From: Lama glama
Taxonomy: Eukaryota
Assembly: GCA_028534125.1 (NCBI GenBank)
Contig: CM052832.1
Span: 22,012,185-22,076,000 of the forward strand
Reading direction: 5' to 3'
DNA: 63,816 nt
The notes below the pieces were generated by a model. The model was given only the letters and a program-made list of their open reading frames with translations. It was not told where the DNA came from and did not search any database. Shown here in pieces: positions 11,453 to 22,999 of the stretch; within the stretch, counting starts at the first letter, position 1, and each line of letters begins with the position of its first letter. Made by a program: the position numbers and the translations under genes.

Positions 11453-11950
11453 CCCAAGAAGAGGTGATTAAAATATATAAATATATATATTCCTTGTATG
11501 CAAACTATTAAAAAGTCTTTTAAGTGTTCCAAATACACTATTTCCATGTTATTATTTCTTAACAGTAGGGCTTCATGTGGAACTTTAATAACCACTGGAT
11601 GAATAGTGTTCTTAAGTGCTCAGAACTGAGTTTAGTAAGAATGCAGCACACTAATGTTTAAAATTCTTCTTCATCTAGGTCATAGGGCTATTATTATCAT
11701 TTAAGGTAAGAATTCTACCCTAGAAGCTTGCAAATTTCATTCTTTTTCTTTTTTATACATTCTTTTTAACTACATTATTTTATAGCTACAGTTTAGGCCT
11801 GTATTATCAAAGTATATCTGAAAGCAATCACAGAAATATGCCTTTTTAAAAAAAATATTTGAGTCTATCAATTAACCCAAGGTCCCATTTGATTTCTTAA
11901 AAGTAAGTATGTTATAAATGACACATTCTTAATACATGCTAAGATAGAGA

Positions 11951-12045
11951 GGTAGGTGGGTATAGCTCAGTGGTAGAGCACATACTTAGCATGCACAAGG
12001 TCCTGGGTTCAATCCCCAGTAGTTCCATGAAAAAAAAAAAAAAAA
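11951..12045 (+). mobile_element. tRNA-derived SINE, camelid Vic-1-like
   Basis: A box tagctcagtgg, B box ggttcaatcc, 16-nt poly(A) tail, imperfect TSD aagatagaga / aagacaggga. Confidence 0.85.
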
Positions 12046-12417
12046 GACAGGGAGATAGTTTACAACATGTATACCTCTATTCATGGTAAGGATCATATCC
12101 AGGGTAATCAATATAAAATTCCCCAATGGTTCAAATAGATCAGAACCACCAGATAACAAATTATGAAAAAGAGGAAGTACAGGAAAGAAGGGGCGTCATA
12201 TACCCCTTTGAGTTGAATGCCCTCCTATGTTAAAATTAGACTTTCTGGACACTCAGTACACATCAAACTGTTAAAATGTTTTTAAAGTAAGGTTAAGCAA
12301 AGCAGATGGGAAAGAACTATCAAGCTTCTAGGAGGATACAGACTTTAACCACGAGCCAGTGATTCTTCAGCATCCCAAACAGATCTCTGCAGATGAACAA
12401 AGACATGATCTCCTTAC

Positions 12418-12532
12418 CTCTATTGGGTCAGGCACTTCAAGTCTTGTTTCTGGAGGGGCTTTCACAACTATAACAGTTTGGTCTTTAAGGCCACTAATTT
12501 TTCGAATATCTTGATATGTAACATAAGCTAAC
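12418..12532 (-). CDS. E2F3: E2F3 exon 5 (marked box)
   Basis: Preceded by U12 acceptor cattAC, followed by GTaagg; 115 nt; [38 protein letters not shown]. Confidence 0.97.
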
Positions 12533-15355
12533 GTAATGAGTGTTAAGGAAATCTTCCAACTAAGCGACTCAGATGTAACCATTATGAAGATAACAAAAAG
12601 ATGCATGGAAAACTTACAAAGTATTTTTTTTCTTGTAAGAATATATGTGTCTCTCCTTCTAGATCTTTAAATATATGAGTTCTCCCATGAATCCTTTTTC
12701 CTGGTTGATAGTCTAAACAACAAAAGTGTACAGTTTTTTCCTAAAAAGTCCATGCCTATTTAAGATGTTAAACACAGAAACAAAATAGTTAAAATAAACT
12801 CAAAAGAAAACTAATATCCAATTTGGTCAGGGATTTTCAAACCAGGTTCCTCTGGAGCACAGGTATTCCATGGACTCCAGTGAAGTGTTCTGTCACTCAT
12901 CTTGAATGATGGCAAATGCTAATTTACAGAAAAAATTTAAGCTCTGGTAAACATAATTTTTTTGAAACTCCACTAACTTCTATCTGTTACTTGACTATTA
13001 GCAAATGTCAGCAGCCACCCAGACGAATGGATGAGTAGCTAATATAGACACATCTATGTCAGTGGAAGAACTCGAGAGTACTGCTCAGGCAGACAGCTTG
13101 TTTTCCTAACTGCCCCTGGGCTGGTTGTGATTATATATTGCCTGTTGATAAGAGTGTCATTATTTCTCTGTTAGGAAAATTATCCTTTGTATGATATTAT
13201 TAACTACAATACTTAAGTGTTCACAAGGAGGAAAGCAGCTTCCAGATACTCTGTAACCTGAATGATTTAGGAAAAGAGAGTGAGATAATATTTCAGTACT
13301 CTTGGGAGTTACTTCTGAGCACCGAACACTTCTTTTAAGGGCCCCAATAGCCAAACCTAAGAGGATATCATGAAAGAATGCGGTACTTGTATGATAAAAG
13401 AGAGCCAAGCTTTCACTTGGTGCTGCAAGAGAACGGGCCATATAGCCTTCTTACATAAGAGACATGAAGCAACATAATTAATGCACAGTGTCTTTGGCCA
13501 GTTGCCTTTTATATTAACCTACAAAAAGTGTCTAGGATAAGACAGCAAATCACAACTCAATGAAGGCATTTCTGCAGGTAATATCAAGTAGCAAATGGAG
13601 TCTGTGATCTAACATGTTTGATACAGAAATAGGACAGCCTAGAGCAAATGATGTCCCTTAGATCAGTAGCTTTTCATTAGAAACTGAAGAAAGCTATGAA
13701 TTTACTGTCCAGAAAAAAGCACATTCACCCCAAATCTGCATGTACATTAAGGCATCTGTCAGAGTCTATGATCTTTGAGTCTCAGTAGTTCAGACAACAG
13801 CTAAATTCAGTGTTGAGCTTGAAAGGACAGCTCATTCAGGATTCTGGGTTTTAGGTCATCTGTCTCATCAAGGAAGCCAATTGGTGTCTTTCTAGAAGAC
13901 TTAACACACACACTTGTGAATTTTTACTGAGAACAGTGGGGAAACTGATAACTAGGTACTTACCCCACGGTCCACTGTCAAAAAGCTATTTGACAACAGC
14001 TTATTAAAATAAAAGCTCATCTACAATTACCCAACATGCTGCAGGAAGGAAAATTTCAACACATTTGTGAACAAGCTGTAACAAATTCGGAACTGAATGG
14101 CGAATTGAAATAAATTGTGCAAACATATTCTCTAATCTTACAAACTCAAAGTGCTTCCATTGTGGCTCCCTCTTGAATTTGCTTCTTGGGTTAGCAGCCC
14201 CCTGCAAGGAAGCTTTCATTTTCTGCAACAAAGGCTCCAGAGAAAACTAATGTAGGTACACGTTCCGGAAAGCTGCCAATCACGTGTAACCACCACCTCT
14301 CCTCCTCGAAGGGACTCCCGACTGAACAGTGAAACAGCCTAACTAGAGCTATTCTTGTTTCTTCCCTTACAAACCCACTCTGGCCACCACTGGGGGTTCA
14401 GATCATCACACCTCTTCTCCAGCTCACTAATCATCAGCTGACAAGGTTAATCCTTTGGGCAACAGGAAATGAACAATCAGTTTCAAAAACTGCCTGGATT
14501 GGAAAATAAATGTCCCCATAACTCCAAGGGAAAGCCTATTAGAGACAAGACACTAGAAGAAACTGGGCAAGACTCATTTTATTTTCTAACAAAGATAAAG
14601 GTGGAATAATCAGAAGTTTGGCACTGAAATTCGAGATAACTTAAAACACTGGTTTGGTTTTCTACTAATAGCTGAGAATATTGCAAAATCTTCTGGTCAG
14701 CACAATGAAGTAATCTCCCTACTCTATGGTCTGAAGTGAGGTGATGAACAGTAAGTTTTTCTGAGGTGGTCAACAGTCTATTAGCGAGCTAAGAACAAGA
14801 GTTGGCTTTTTATATTTTTATTTTCAAGGACTAATGTTTCTAGATAAATAGATAAACTGAGATTTCTTAGGCCCTGGGGGTGTTTCTGAAATCACTTTTT
14901 GGTGTTGTGAGTCAGCATAACACACTTTAAAAATTATAGAATGATCCTTCTATCCTCCTGCAATGCTTTCAACTATATAGCTCAATTCAACCAATTCCAA
15001 TTGCTCCCGATATCTGAGGAAGAGAAAATAGAATGTGAGAACCCCAACAGTGACAGCTAACACCCACCCGAAATCTGGGAAGCCAGAGATAACTCTGCCC
15101 AATGTTATCATTAATACGAATACTGACACCTTGCGTATCTCATTAATAGCTTTGCCTTACGCTATGAGTGTATCCATATGTCCCAACCACACATGAATAA
15201 AATGCTTTAAAAAACAGTTCCCACCTGGCTATCAAAATAGATATGATAGGTTCCAGTCCAATAACTATCATTCCATAAATACTGACTTCTAGACAGTTAA
15301 GTGGGTTTGTGCGCGCATGCGGGCACGCGCACACACACATGCGCGCGCGCGCGCG

Positions 15356-15391
<36 letters not shown>

Positions 15392-15527
15392 GATGCATGC
15401 GTGCACGCACACGCTTACTTGCATGAAACGAGAGTAGATTCTACCTTGTGTGTGAAAGTCAGACCGTCAACTCTGGAAACCGTCTAGAAGGCACTAACCC
15501 CCACCGACCAGGTGGCACAAAGGATAT
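12533..15527 (-). other. E2F3: U12-type (minor spliceosome) AT-AC intron 4 of E2F3, 2995 nt
   Basis: 5' site ATATCCTTT; branch point TTCCTTAAC (12550-12542) about 11 nt before terminal AC; these ends join exons 4 and 5 in frame (AG|G = Arg). Confidence 0.96.
15309..15414. repeat. Compound (GC)12-(AC)13 alternating purine-pyrimidine microsatellite
   Basis: (GC)12 at 15341-15364, (AC)13 at 15365-15390, mixed GC/AC flanks. Confidence 0.95.
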
Positions 15528-15686
15528 CTTTGATTCTCTGAATCCTCGGTTAACAGTTTGAGGTCCAGGGTGCAGCTTTGGATCAGTTCATCTAATTTCT
15601 TCTCTTCCTGACTGAGCTCGGTCACTTCTTTTGACAGGCCTTGACACTGGGCCAGCATGCCCCCGTCCTCAGACAGACTGCAGCCC
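15528..15686 (-). CDS. E2F3: E2F3 exon 4 (coiled-coil dimerisation region)
   Basis: tttccAG acceptor, AT donor; 159 nt; [53 protein letters not shown]. Confidence 0.97.
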
Positions 15687-16978
15687 CTGGAAACCCAAAC
15701 ACAGACTTTGCATGGCTGCTCGAGAGGCTGGCGGGGAGCGGGGACAGGGAAGGCCGGGAGAAGTGGCCCTTTGGGTACATGCCCCCTCTTGATGCAGGAG
15801 GTCACATTGCTTGCTAGCCAAGTGTTAAAATTAGGATGTTTATACATATTTCTTCATACAGTCAGTTCTTCATTTTTCACACTATAGAAATTAAGTGAAA
15901 AAAACACTGCTATTTTCAGGTTTCTCTCCTCCATAGGAGGCCTGTTTCTTCAGAAGACTCAAACTCAAAGGGTAGCTCCTCCCTGCCACATGCCTCCCAG
16001 TGGGGAAAAAGAAACAGGGAGACAAAGGACAGGAAGATATAGCAAGATGGAAAATTTGAAGGAAACAATGGAATGGTTCAATATTCAACAAAACATCATC
16101 CAAAAAGTACAAAAGATGTAGGTTATTACTGAGGGTCTTATACCAACAACTGCAAAGGAAAAGGCTAAGGAAGCATGTCTGTGCTGTACGCAGGAGCAAA
16201 GACCAGTCTGCAACAGGTCTGTCTAAACCACAAGCTAAAAATGGGTCGCTGAATCGTCACAGAATTCCCCCAAAGTACAAAAAAACTACCTGTTCATTTT
16301 ATCATGTTTGAAGCAGTGTTTTTTTTCAAAGCCAACCTATAACAGATTTACTCCTTCTACTCATGCTTTAACAGTTCCTTTTAAACTGCTGGGTGTTCAG
16401 TTGCCCGGTCCATAATTCACAAATGACATTATTATACATTTAATCATACATGTAATGTGTATTCACCTCGCTTTCCAGATGGTGCAGGGGCATTTAAGTC
16501 TTGCCTTAATTTACACAGAAAGTGAGTTAATCTGCTATGAGAACCATACATAAGGATATTTGACAACTGTGCATATAGACAGATGAGTTAATACACAGCC
16601 ACAGTTTCTAAATTCCTTTTAGAAGCCAAAGACACGTGTAAGCATCTATTAGATTACACACATGAGTACACACGTGGGTATCATGGTAACAGACGAAGAG
16701 CCTTTTACTTCACATCTGCAGGGCGCTATTTAATCCCAGTCCCAGGATCCCCAGGCTAGTAGACTATAAACCCTTTTATCTCTGACTGCATCTAAACAGA
16801 AAGTCTCTTTGTCAAGAGACTTTGAACTGCTGGCTCAGGAGTTGAGGAGGAAAGAGAGAGGAGAGAAAATGAAAGAAGCGTAGGCATGAATCTGAAAGCT
16901 GGGGCTGGGAGGAGCCCCGCGGCAGTGTGAAAGGACCCCACCAGAGCCAGGGAGTGGGGGGCCGTGACTCATACTCAC

Positions 16979-17198
16979 ATCCACTGCACGTTGTTCTTAG
17001 ACTTCTTCTTAATGAGGTGGATGCCTTCCAGGACATTGGTGATGTCATAAATCCTTCTCTTTTGCACCTTCAGCACCTCTGCTGCCTTGTTCAAATCCAA
17101 GACCCCATCCGGTGACTGGCTCAGTAGCTGAATGAACTTCTTGGTGAGCAGACCAAGTGAAGTATCATACCGTGTTTTTTCTGAGGGAGATTTTGGAG
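16979..17198 (-). CDS. E2F3: E2F3 exon 3 (winged-helix DNA-binding domain)
   Basis: tctttaAG / GTgagt; 220 nt; [72 protein letters not shown], with the E2F RRIYD motif. Confidence 0.98.
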
Positions 17199-17775
17199 CT
17201 TAAAGAAAAACAAAAACCGAGCGGGTGGGGGGATAGGGGGAAAGGTAAAGAAATGAAGAGTTTCTTTGCAGTCAAGCAAGCCCTCTTTCCCCCAGCAGCC
17301 CAAGTATTAGTATCGGAAGCAAAGCTGTGGTCGCTGATTTTTTTTTTGGTGAGTTACAGAAAGCTATGAAATTGCTTTATTAGAAAAAGAAGGGACAGTA
17401 AAAATTCCTGTTTAATTAAGACATTTTACTGTGAATTTCTCTGTAGTTTCTTCTTTGGCTTACCCTACTCCCTGGGTCTAGTGAAGTATCTCACACATAG
17501 TAGGTGCTCAAAAATATCTGTTGAATGAATGAAAAAGTGCTGTAGCCTCATGGGATCAGCACGTGTGGAGCCTAACTTGATGGGGTCAGGCTATGAATCT
17601 CTCCAGTATCTCATGACGGGGCCAGACAGACTCATCCTACCTGGCTTTTCAGGCGCCGGTGTCTGTGTGTGTGTATATAACTTGTTCACCAACTTTTCAA
17701 ATGGTGGCGCCGAAGAATACCTGGGAGAGTCTTCCCATCCCATCTCTCCATCCCTCCAGAATGAAATGTCTGCTT

Positions 17776-17828
17776 AATACTGTATTTATTCTCTTCGAGG
17801 TGCAATAAATACTGTATTTATTCTCTTC
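17776..17828. repeat. Perfect 21-bp direct repeat with 11-bp spacer
   Basis: aatactgtatttattctcttc at 17776-17796 and 17808-17828. Confidence 0.95.
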
Positions 17829-18433
17829 TAGCATTACACACAATTTGTGGATTGCCTAATCCATAAACTACAGGAGAGGACAACATCTAAATTAATTCAG
17901 CCTTTGCGTTAAATGCCAAAGACATCCAGGACTATTTAGCTATTTCCTACCTAGTTTTCTCTCTCTCCCAAAAGAAGCAATGACCATATTTGACGGAAGT
18001 GGAAACTAGCTGCAAGTTATTGGTCTCAGTCCATCCTCATGCTGCCATGGCTGCACCAGAGATTTAAGGGACGCCGGCAAAGTTTGTCTATGCCCAGCTC
18101 ACCTCAGCCCCTGAAGTGAAGGTCCATTAAGGAAAATTAAAATTAAATCTGGTGACAGAACGGTGCCATGAAACTTGTATTCTGAGTTGAAGAATGAAAC
18201 TGCACGCATCGGAAGAGGCCTCCCCTGAAGTCAGTCTCCAGGTCTCAGAGTGGCTCTGTAAACCTTGCCTGGGTGTCTGCAGACATTGTATTTATGTTTT
18301 GGATAGGCACAGACAGAAATGAAAAGAACCAAACATGCCAAAATCATCCGCACCTGGGCACCCCTTCAGCCACGAGCTCTGAAAGGTGGGAGGCTCACAC
18401 CAGAGAGTAAGAAAGAGAGGACAGGATCCTTAC

Positions 18434-18545
18434 TTTTTGGACTATCTGGACTTCGGAGCGCAGCTCTGCCTTTGCCCTTGGGGGTTTTTAAACCATCTGA
18501 GAGGTACTGCTGACCGCTTTCTCCTAGCTCCAGCCTGCGCTTTGC
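18434..18545 (-). CDS. E2F3: E2F3 exon 2 (cyclin A RxL motif / NLS region); 5'-most coding exon in the window
   Basis: ttattccAG / GTaagg; 112 nt; [37 protein letters not shown]. Confidence 0.97.
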
Positions 18546-18939
18546 CTGGAATAAGAGAGTACAGTCGTTGGTCGCTGGTCATGTGGACGATCACGAGTGA
18601 GGCTGTGTGATCCGGCCCCTGCCAAACGCTGCGGGCTCGTGAGGCTCTCAGCGCCCCTGCTCCGCCTCTCTCGGAGGGCCTGGCTCCCTGCCGAGGCGCC
18701 AGGGGCGGGGCCGCCACGCAAACTCCCTCTCCACCTGCAGTGACCACCCCCTCTGCTCAGACGGCAAATCCAATCACCCTTCTGGATCAGGTTCTGGAAC
18801 CACTTTGTTCCTTTTTCTCATTGATTCCACAGACGCGCCAGGCATGGGGCTAGATATGAGGTATACCACAGGCATCGTGGAACTTAAATCGACTTCTCCC
18901 CGGTAAACCTCTGCTGCCTGTCTTCCTCTCTGACCTGGG

Positions 18940-19160
18940 ATGAACCCCTTTCCTTGAGCTCCCCAAACACTGTGTTTATTGGTATCATAACACTTGCTCA
19001 ATTTAAGAGTTATTTCACTGATCTGTTTCTCATTTCCTTTAAGGTAGGGACTGTTTCCCATTTATCTTTGTATACCTAGGGCTTGGCACAGAGCCTGGGT
19101 TTCTGTAGATATTCAATCACGCACTCACTCACTCTCTCTCTATATATATATTCAATGAAA
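18940..19160. mobile_element. L2 LINE 3' fragment
   Basis: aaggtagggactgtttcccatttatctttgtatacctagggcttggcacagagcctgg...atattcaat. Confidence 0.55.
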
Positions 19161-19734
19161 GAAAGAGTGATTGAATAGTAACACAACTAGTCAGAGACTA
19201 CAAATGGTCATTCATCAGAATAACAAATACCTCAGACACTCAATTTTGGGCTTCAACTGGTATTACTTTCCCGGTTTTGTCATCAAACTTGGCAAACAAG
19301 CAGTTCTCGCCCAAGTTTTTAATCTGATTTTCACTTTAAAAGATCTCCACTTCATGTCTTCTGTGTCCTGGGCTCTGGGCTCAGGAAACAGAGGTAAGCA
19401 AGACTGATGAGAGTCCCTTCAGCCCTAGTGCGCAGAGCTGAGACAGAAGCCAGGGAACTAAGGAAGCAACTGGTGAGTACCATCTGGGTGTGAAGGGCAT
19501 TCAGACGGGAGTGGTACCAACGAGACACCCACATGGCAGTGTGCACTGAGGCTCATTTCAGGGCAGATTCTTCTAATGAGGAGATTGACAACTTCAAAAT
19601 AACTGCCCATGACACAGAAAGCAAAGTCACAACTTAGCCGATGACAATCCAGCTTCTCTGCGCAAAGTTTTCAGCTAAACTTGCTCTGTTCGCCACCCTA
19701 GCCACTAGCCGGAGGGGCTCGTCCGAACGGATGC

Positions 19735-19975
19735 ATGGTATCCCTGTAAACCATACACTGGATTTCAAAAACTCAGCACAAAAAGGGGTAAAAATAGCTC
19801 AGTAATAACTTTTATATTGATACCATGTTAAAATAAAGCTGTTTCAGCCTTACAAAATATTATTAAATAAGAGGGTGTTAAAACGACCCTCTCACCAGTT
19901 TCCTTTCTTAGACAGACATACTTTACTGTATGGCCTGCATCTGTGGCACACGTTATCTTTCCACTGGGCAGTGCT
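19735..19975. mobile_element. MER33/MER3-like hAT-Charlie remnant
   Basis: tacactggatttcaaaaactcagcacaaaaaag...taataacttttatattgataccatgttaaaat. Confidence 0.55.
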
Positions 19976-20089
19976 GAGCTAACCCACATCACTCCAAAGG
20001 CCTAGGAATGACAGCAAATTAACATTCTTAACTCCATTTTCCCCTCCCAAATACTCCATCAGATCCTTGTGTGGGCCTGTGGTTTTGGT

Positions 20090-20555
20090 TGGCTCTGGGA
20101 GCATTCCCTATTCTTCAGGCAAAAGCCCCTGATGGTTCTTTGGGGAGCATCCCTCCCTCTCCCGGAGTGAGAGCACTGTGCCCCCAGGTGACCCGGCCTG
20201 CGCCCCCCACCCCCTGCCATGACTAGGTCAGATGGCACAGGACCAAAACTGGCTCAACAAAGGCCAACCCCAGGAATTTTTCTGGAACTACCAGTAGGAA
20301 GGGGTGTGCCTTCTCAGTAAGGTTGATAAGCTGGTAGGATGATAAGCTGGCAGCTGGAAGCCACCTGCAAATGAGGCCTCCCCAGGGGAAAGCAGGTGGA
20401 GAAATGGAGAGAATGGGGTCTGAGGCCATCATTCAGAACCCCAGCAGGTCAGACACTGGGGGCAACAGCTGGTCCTCCCCAGACTTTCCAGTTACATCAG
20501 CCAACAAAATCTCCTTTTTTGCTCAAAGCACTTTGAGTTGGGCTCCTGAAAGTGT
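20090..20555 (+). mobile_element. MLT1 (ERVL-MaLR) solo LTR, degraded
   Basis: ggccaaccccaggaatttt...cagactttccagttacatcagccaacaaaatctccttttttgctcaa 3' pattern. Confidence 0.55.
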
Positions 20556-22189
20556 GGTGTGCAGGGGACAGCCTGTGGACCTGGCTGAGCCCGACGGGCT
20601 CCAAAGCACTGGGGAGCGGGCGTGCCTTGCTGAAGTGGGGCAGGGGTGTCGGCCACTTCTCATGGCTTTGAGGGAATTATTACTGACAGAGACAAGCTTC
20701 ACTGGAGGCTTACCTAAAGTTTGTACACAAGGAGGAAACGGCTTTCCTCTGAAGATCCTCTCTTTGTAGAAAGCTACCTGAGACACAGCCCTCTTCTGCG
20801 CCCCCGCCGATGTCCACGGAAGGAAGGCAAAATGGGAAAACAGCTTGGGACCCTGAACGCCTGGACCCTTCAGGCTGCACCCTCCTTGCATCCGCACAAG
20901 AAAGAACCACCTGTACCAGTAGCCTGGGGGTGAACTCGTTTTGCCTCCCCTTCTTGGGCTATTGTTTCCAGTACTTCGAGGCAAAGGCCTGTGGAAGTAG
21001 TAAGCTGTGGGCTGGGGACATTCCCAGAGATCTGCTGCTAAGAAAATGAGATCTAACTTCAAGGACCAGGGCTAGTCAGGTTGTGGTACCAGGCACCAAA
21101 CCAAATCTAAGCACTAGACAGAAAATGTGAAAGGCACTTGTCTTGCCAGAGAAGTCCAAAAAGCAAAAGGCCTAAGATACCTCAGTCTTGGAGGGACTCA
21201 GTCACTAAGCCTGCGAATCTCACCAACAAGAAACGAGCTGTGAAAGAAGGGCAGACCCCGGAAATCCTCCCAGAGGCTGGAGATCGAGGTGGCCATCTTG
21301 GCTCCACAAGCAAGTCCAAGGGCCAAGGGCCTGGCACTCCTGCTGAGGACGCGACACACTTGACCACTGTGGGCGATGCCCCCTTTCCAAATGGACATCT
21401 CTGTTGGGTTACTCTGTTCTCTTTCCTGCACTGTTTGGTGAATGGGGACTGAACTGGACTTGAGGACAACAGCCCTTGTAGGTCCTAGATCTGAGGATGG
21501 ACACAATGGCCAAACTCTTTGGGGAAAAGGCTAAAAATTGTGATATATGATGAAACAGGATTACTTTAATGCTTACCTTAGCAAATTCTAGTGCACATGC
21601 TTAATAAAACAAATAAGAAACCAGATGGGAGGATTTAAACAGTGCATGCAGTTTTTGCCTACACCCCATTGCCCTGGGCTGAGCACCAGGGCAGAGGAAA
21701 ATCTCTTCTTGGTTGTCTCAATTTTTGTTTGTTCTTAGTGTGAACATCTTGCTGAACTGAGAGCTACTCTGTTTATAAACAGATCTTCATGGTGTACCAG
21801 TAAAGCAACTAATGCATCTGGTGCTCAACGGGAGGCCCAGCCATTTGGACCTAAGCAGGAGTAAAGGCTGACATGAGCAATGCTACATAGATCACCCACA
21901 GGGCACCTTCGTGAGGTACTACCAAGGGTGACTTCTACCATAAAGGAAGTATGTGCTAACTTTAGGACCTCAGCCCCAACTCTGATGACATGCCTCTGTA
22001 ATGAAATAGTTGCACTGTTGAGCATTTCGGAAAATGTACACATGAAAATAACAGGAACAACTGTCAGGCGGCCAAGCAGTGGGCTGAGGGGACATCCATA
22101 GTGTCTGTCCACCTGGCATTTGTTGCCCCCTTTTCTTCACTTGGGGAAAGAACTTCTCCCTGGTTCTCAAATTCACGTGGTTTCTTTTG

Positions 22190-22650
22190 TCTCCAAGCTT
22201 GAAAACAAAAGGCCTGACAGTGTTCAGCATTTTAGGCTGGCCCTTTGCCCCTCCCAGCAAGGGTACAGAAGTGAGTACCTTCACCTGGGCCCACCAATCA
22301 GCGCGGGCCAGTCCATTGGCTACCGTGATTGGCTGATGGATGGGCCCATGACCGAAGCAGGATGAGTCAGAGAAGGGATTTTTGTTGGAAACTACTGGGA
22401 AAGTCCTGGGTTCTTTTCACTGGGAGTTATTAGGCCGGTAGGGTGTAAGCCTGGCGCTACCTGGGAACTGAGCCAACAGAGAGCAGAGTTAAGAGCTGGA
22501 GAGAGACTGAATCCCAGTGCCTTAGAGGGAGGCACGAGATATTTCCAGTCCCAAAGGCAAACCTACCTCAGACTCCCATTTCTGTGAGCTGACCAGATCC
22601 CTTTTGTGGTAGGAGGTAAGTATGAGATTCCTACCCCTTGCAACCAAGAA
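22190..22650 (+). mobile_element. MLT1 (ERVL-MaLR) solo LTR, degraded
   Basis: gtgattggctgatggatgggcccatgacc...ttgcaaccaagaatcctga. Confidence 0.55.
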
Positions 22651-22699
22651 TCCTGACTTTGAATATGAACTATTTAACACATTCAGCGTTTGGGTTCTT

Positions 22700-22900
22700 A
22701 AAATCCATACGCCATGTTAAGTGCTTTCCACCTGATTGCGTTATCTCATTTCTACAACAACCCTATAAGGTAGTTGTTACTATTCATTCCTATTTTACAG
22801 GAGAAAATGGAGGTCTAGAGCTCTTAAATAACTTTTCCAAGAACCCCACAGCCAGGAAATATGCCTACTCCGAAGTCCGTGCTTGCAACCACTTCATGAA
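22700..22900 (-). mobile_element. MIR SINE
   Basis: acaacaaccctataaggtagttgttactattcattcctattttacaggagaaaatggagg core. Confidence 0.65.
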
Positions 22901-22999
22901 ATGACTGTGAAAGACTGCCATATAAAAATATCTGAAAAGTCTTATTAAATTAATACCATCTTACTTTATGATAAACTTAAGGAGTTTCATTTTACTCAT

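Noticed and set aside
14907..14917. ARE/MARE-like GTGAGTCAGCA (similar motif near 35046)
   Set aside because: Isolated short motifs are expected by chance in 64 kb
15503..15518. CTCF-like motif cgaccaggtggcac beside the U12 donor
   Set aside because: Mismatch at a conserved core C; cannot be supported without a PWM scan or ChIP data
12533..15527. Non-GT-AG intron ends as an assembly error or pseudogenising mutation
   Set aside because: Full U12 donor and branch consensus are present and the join keeps the frame
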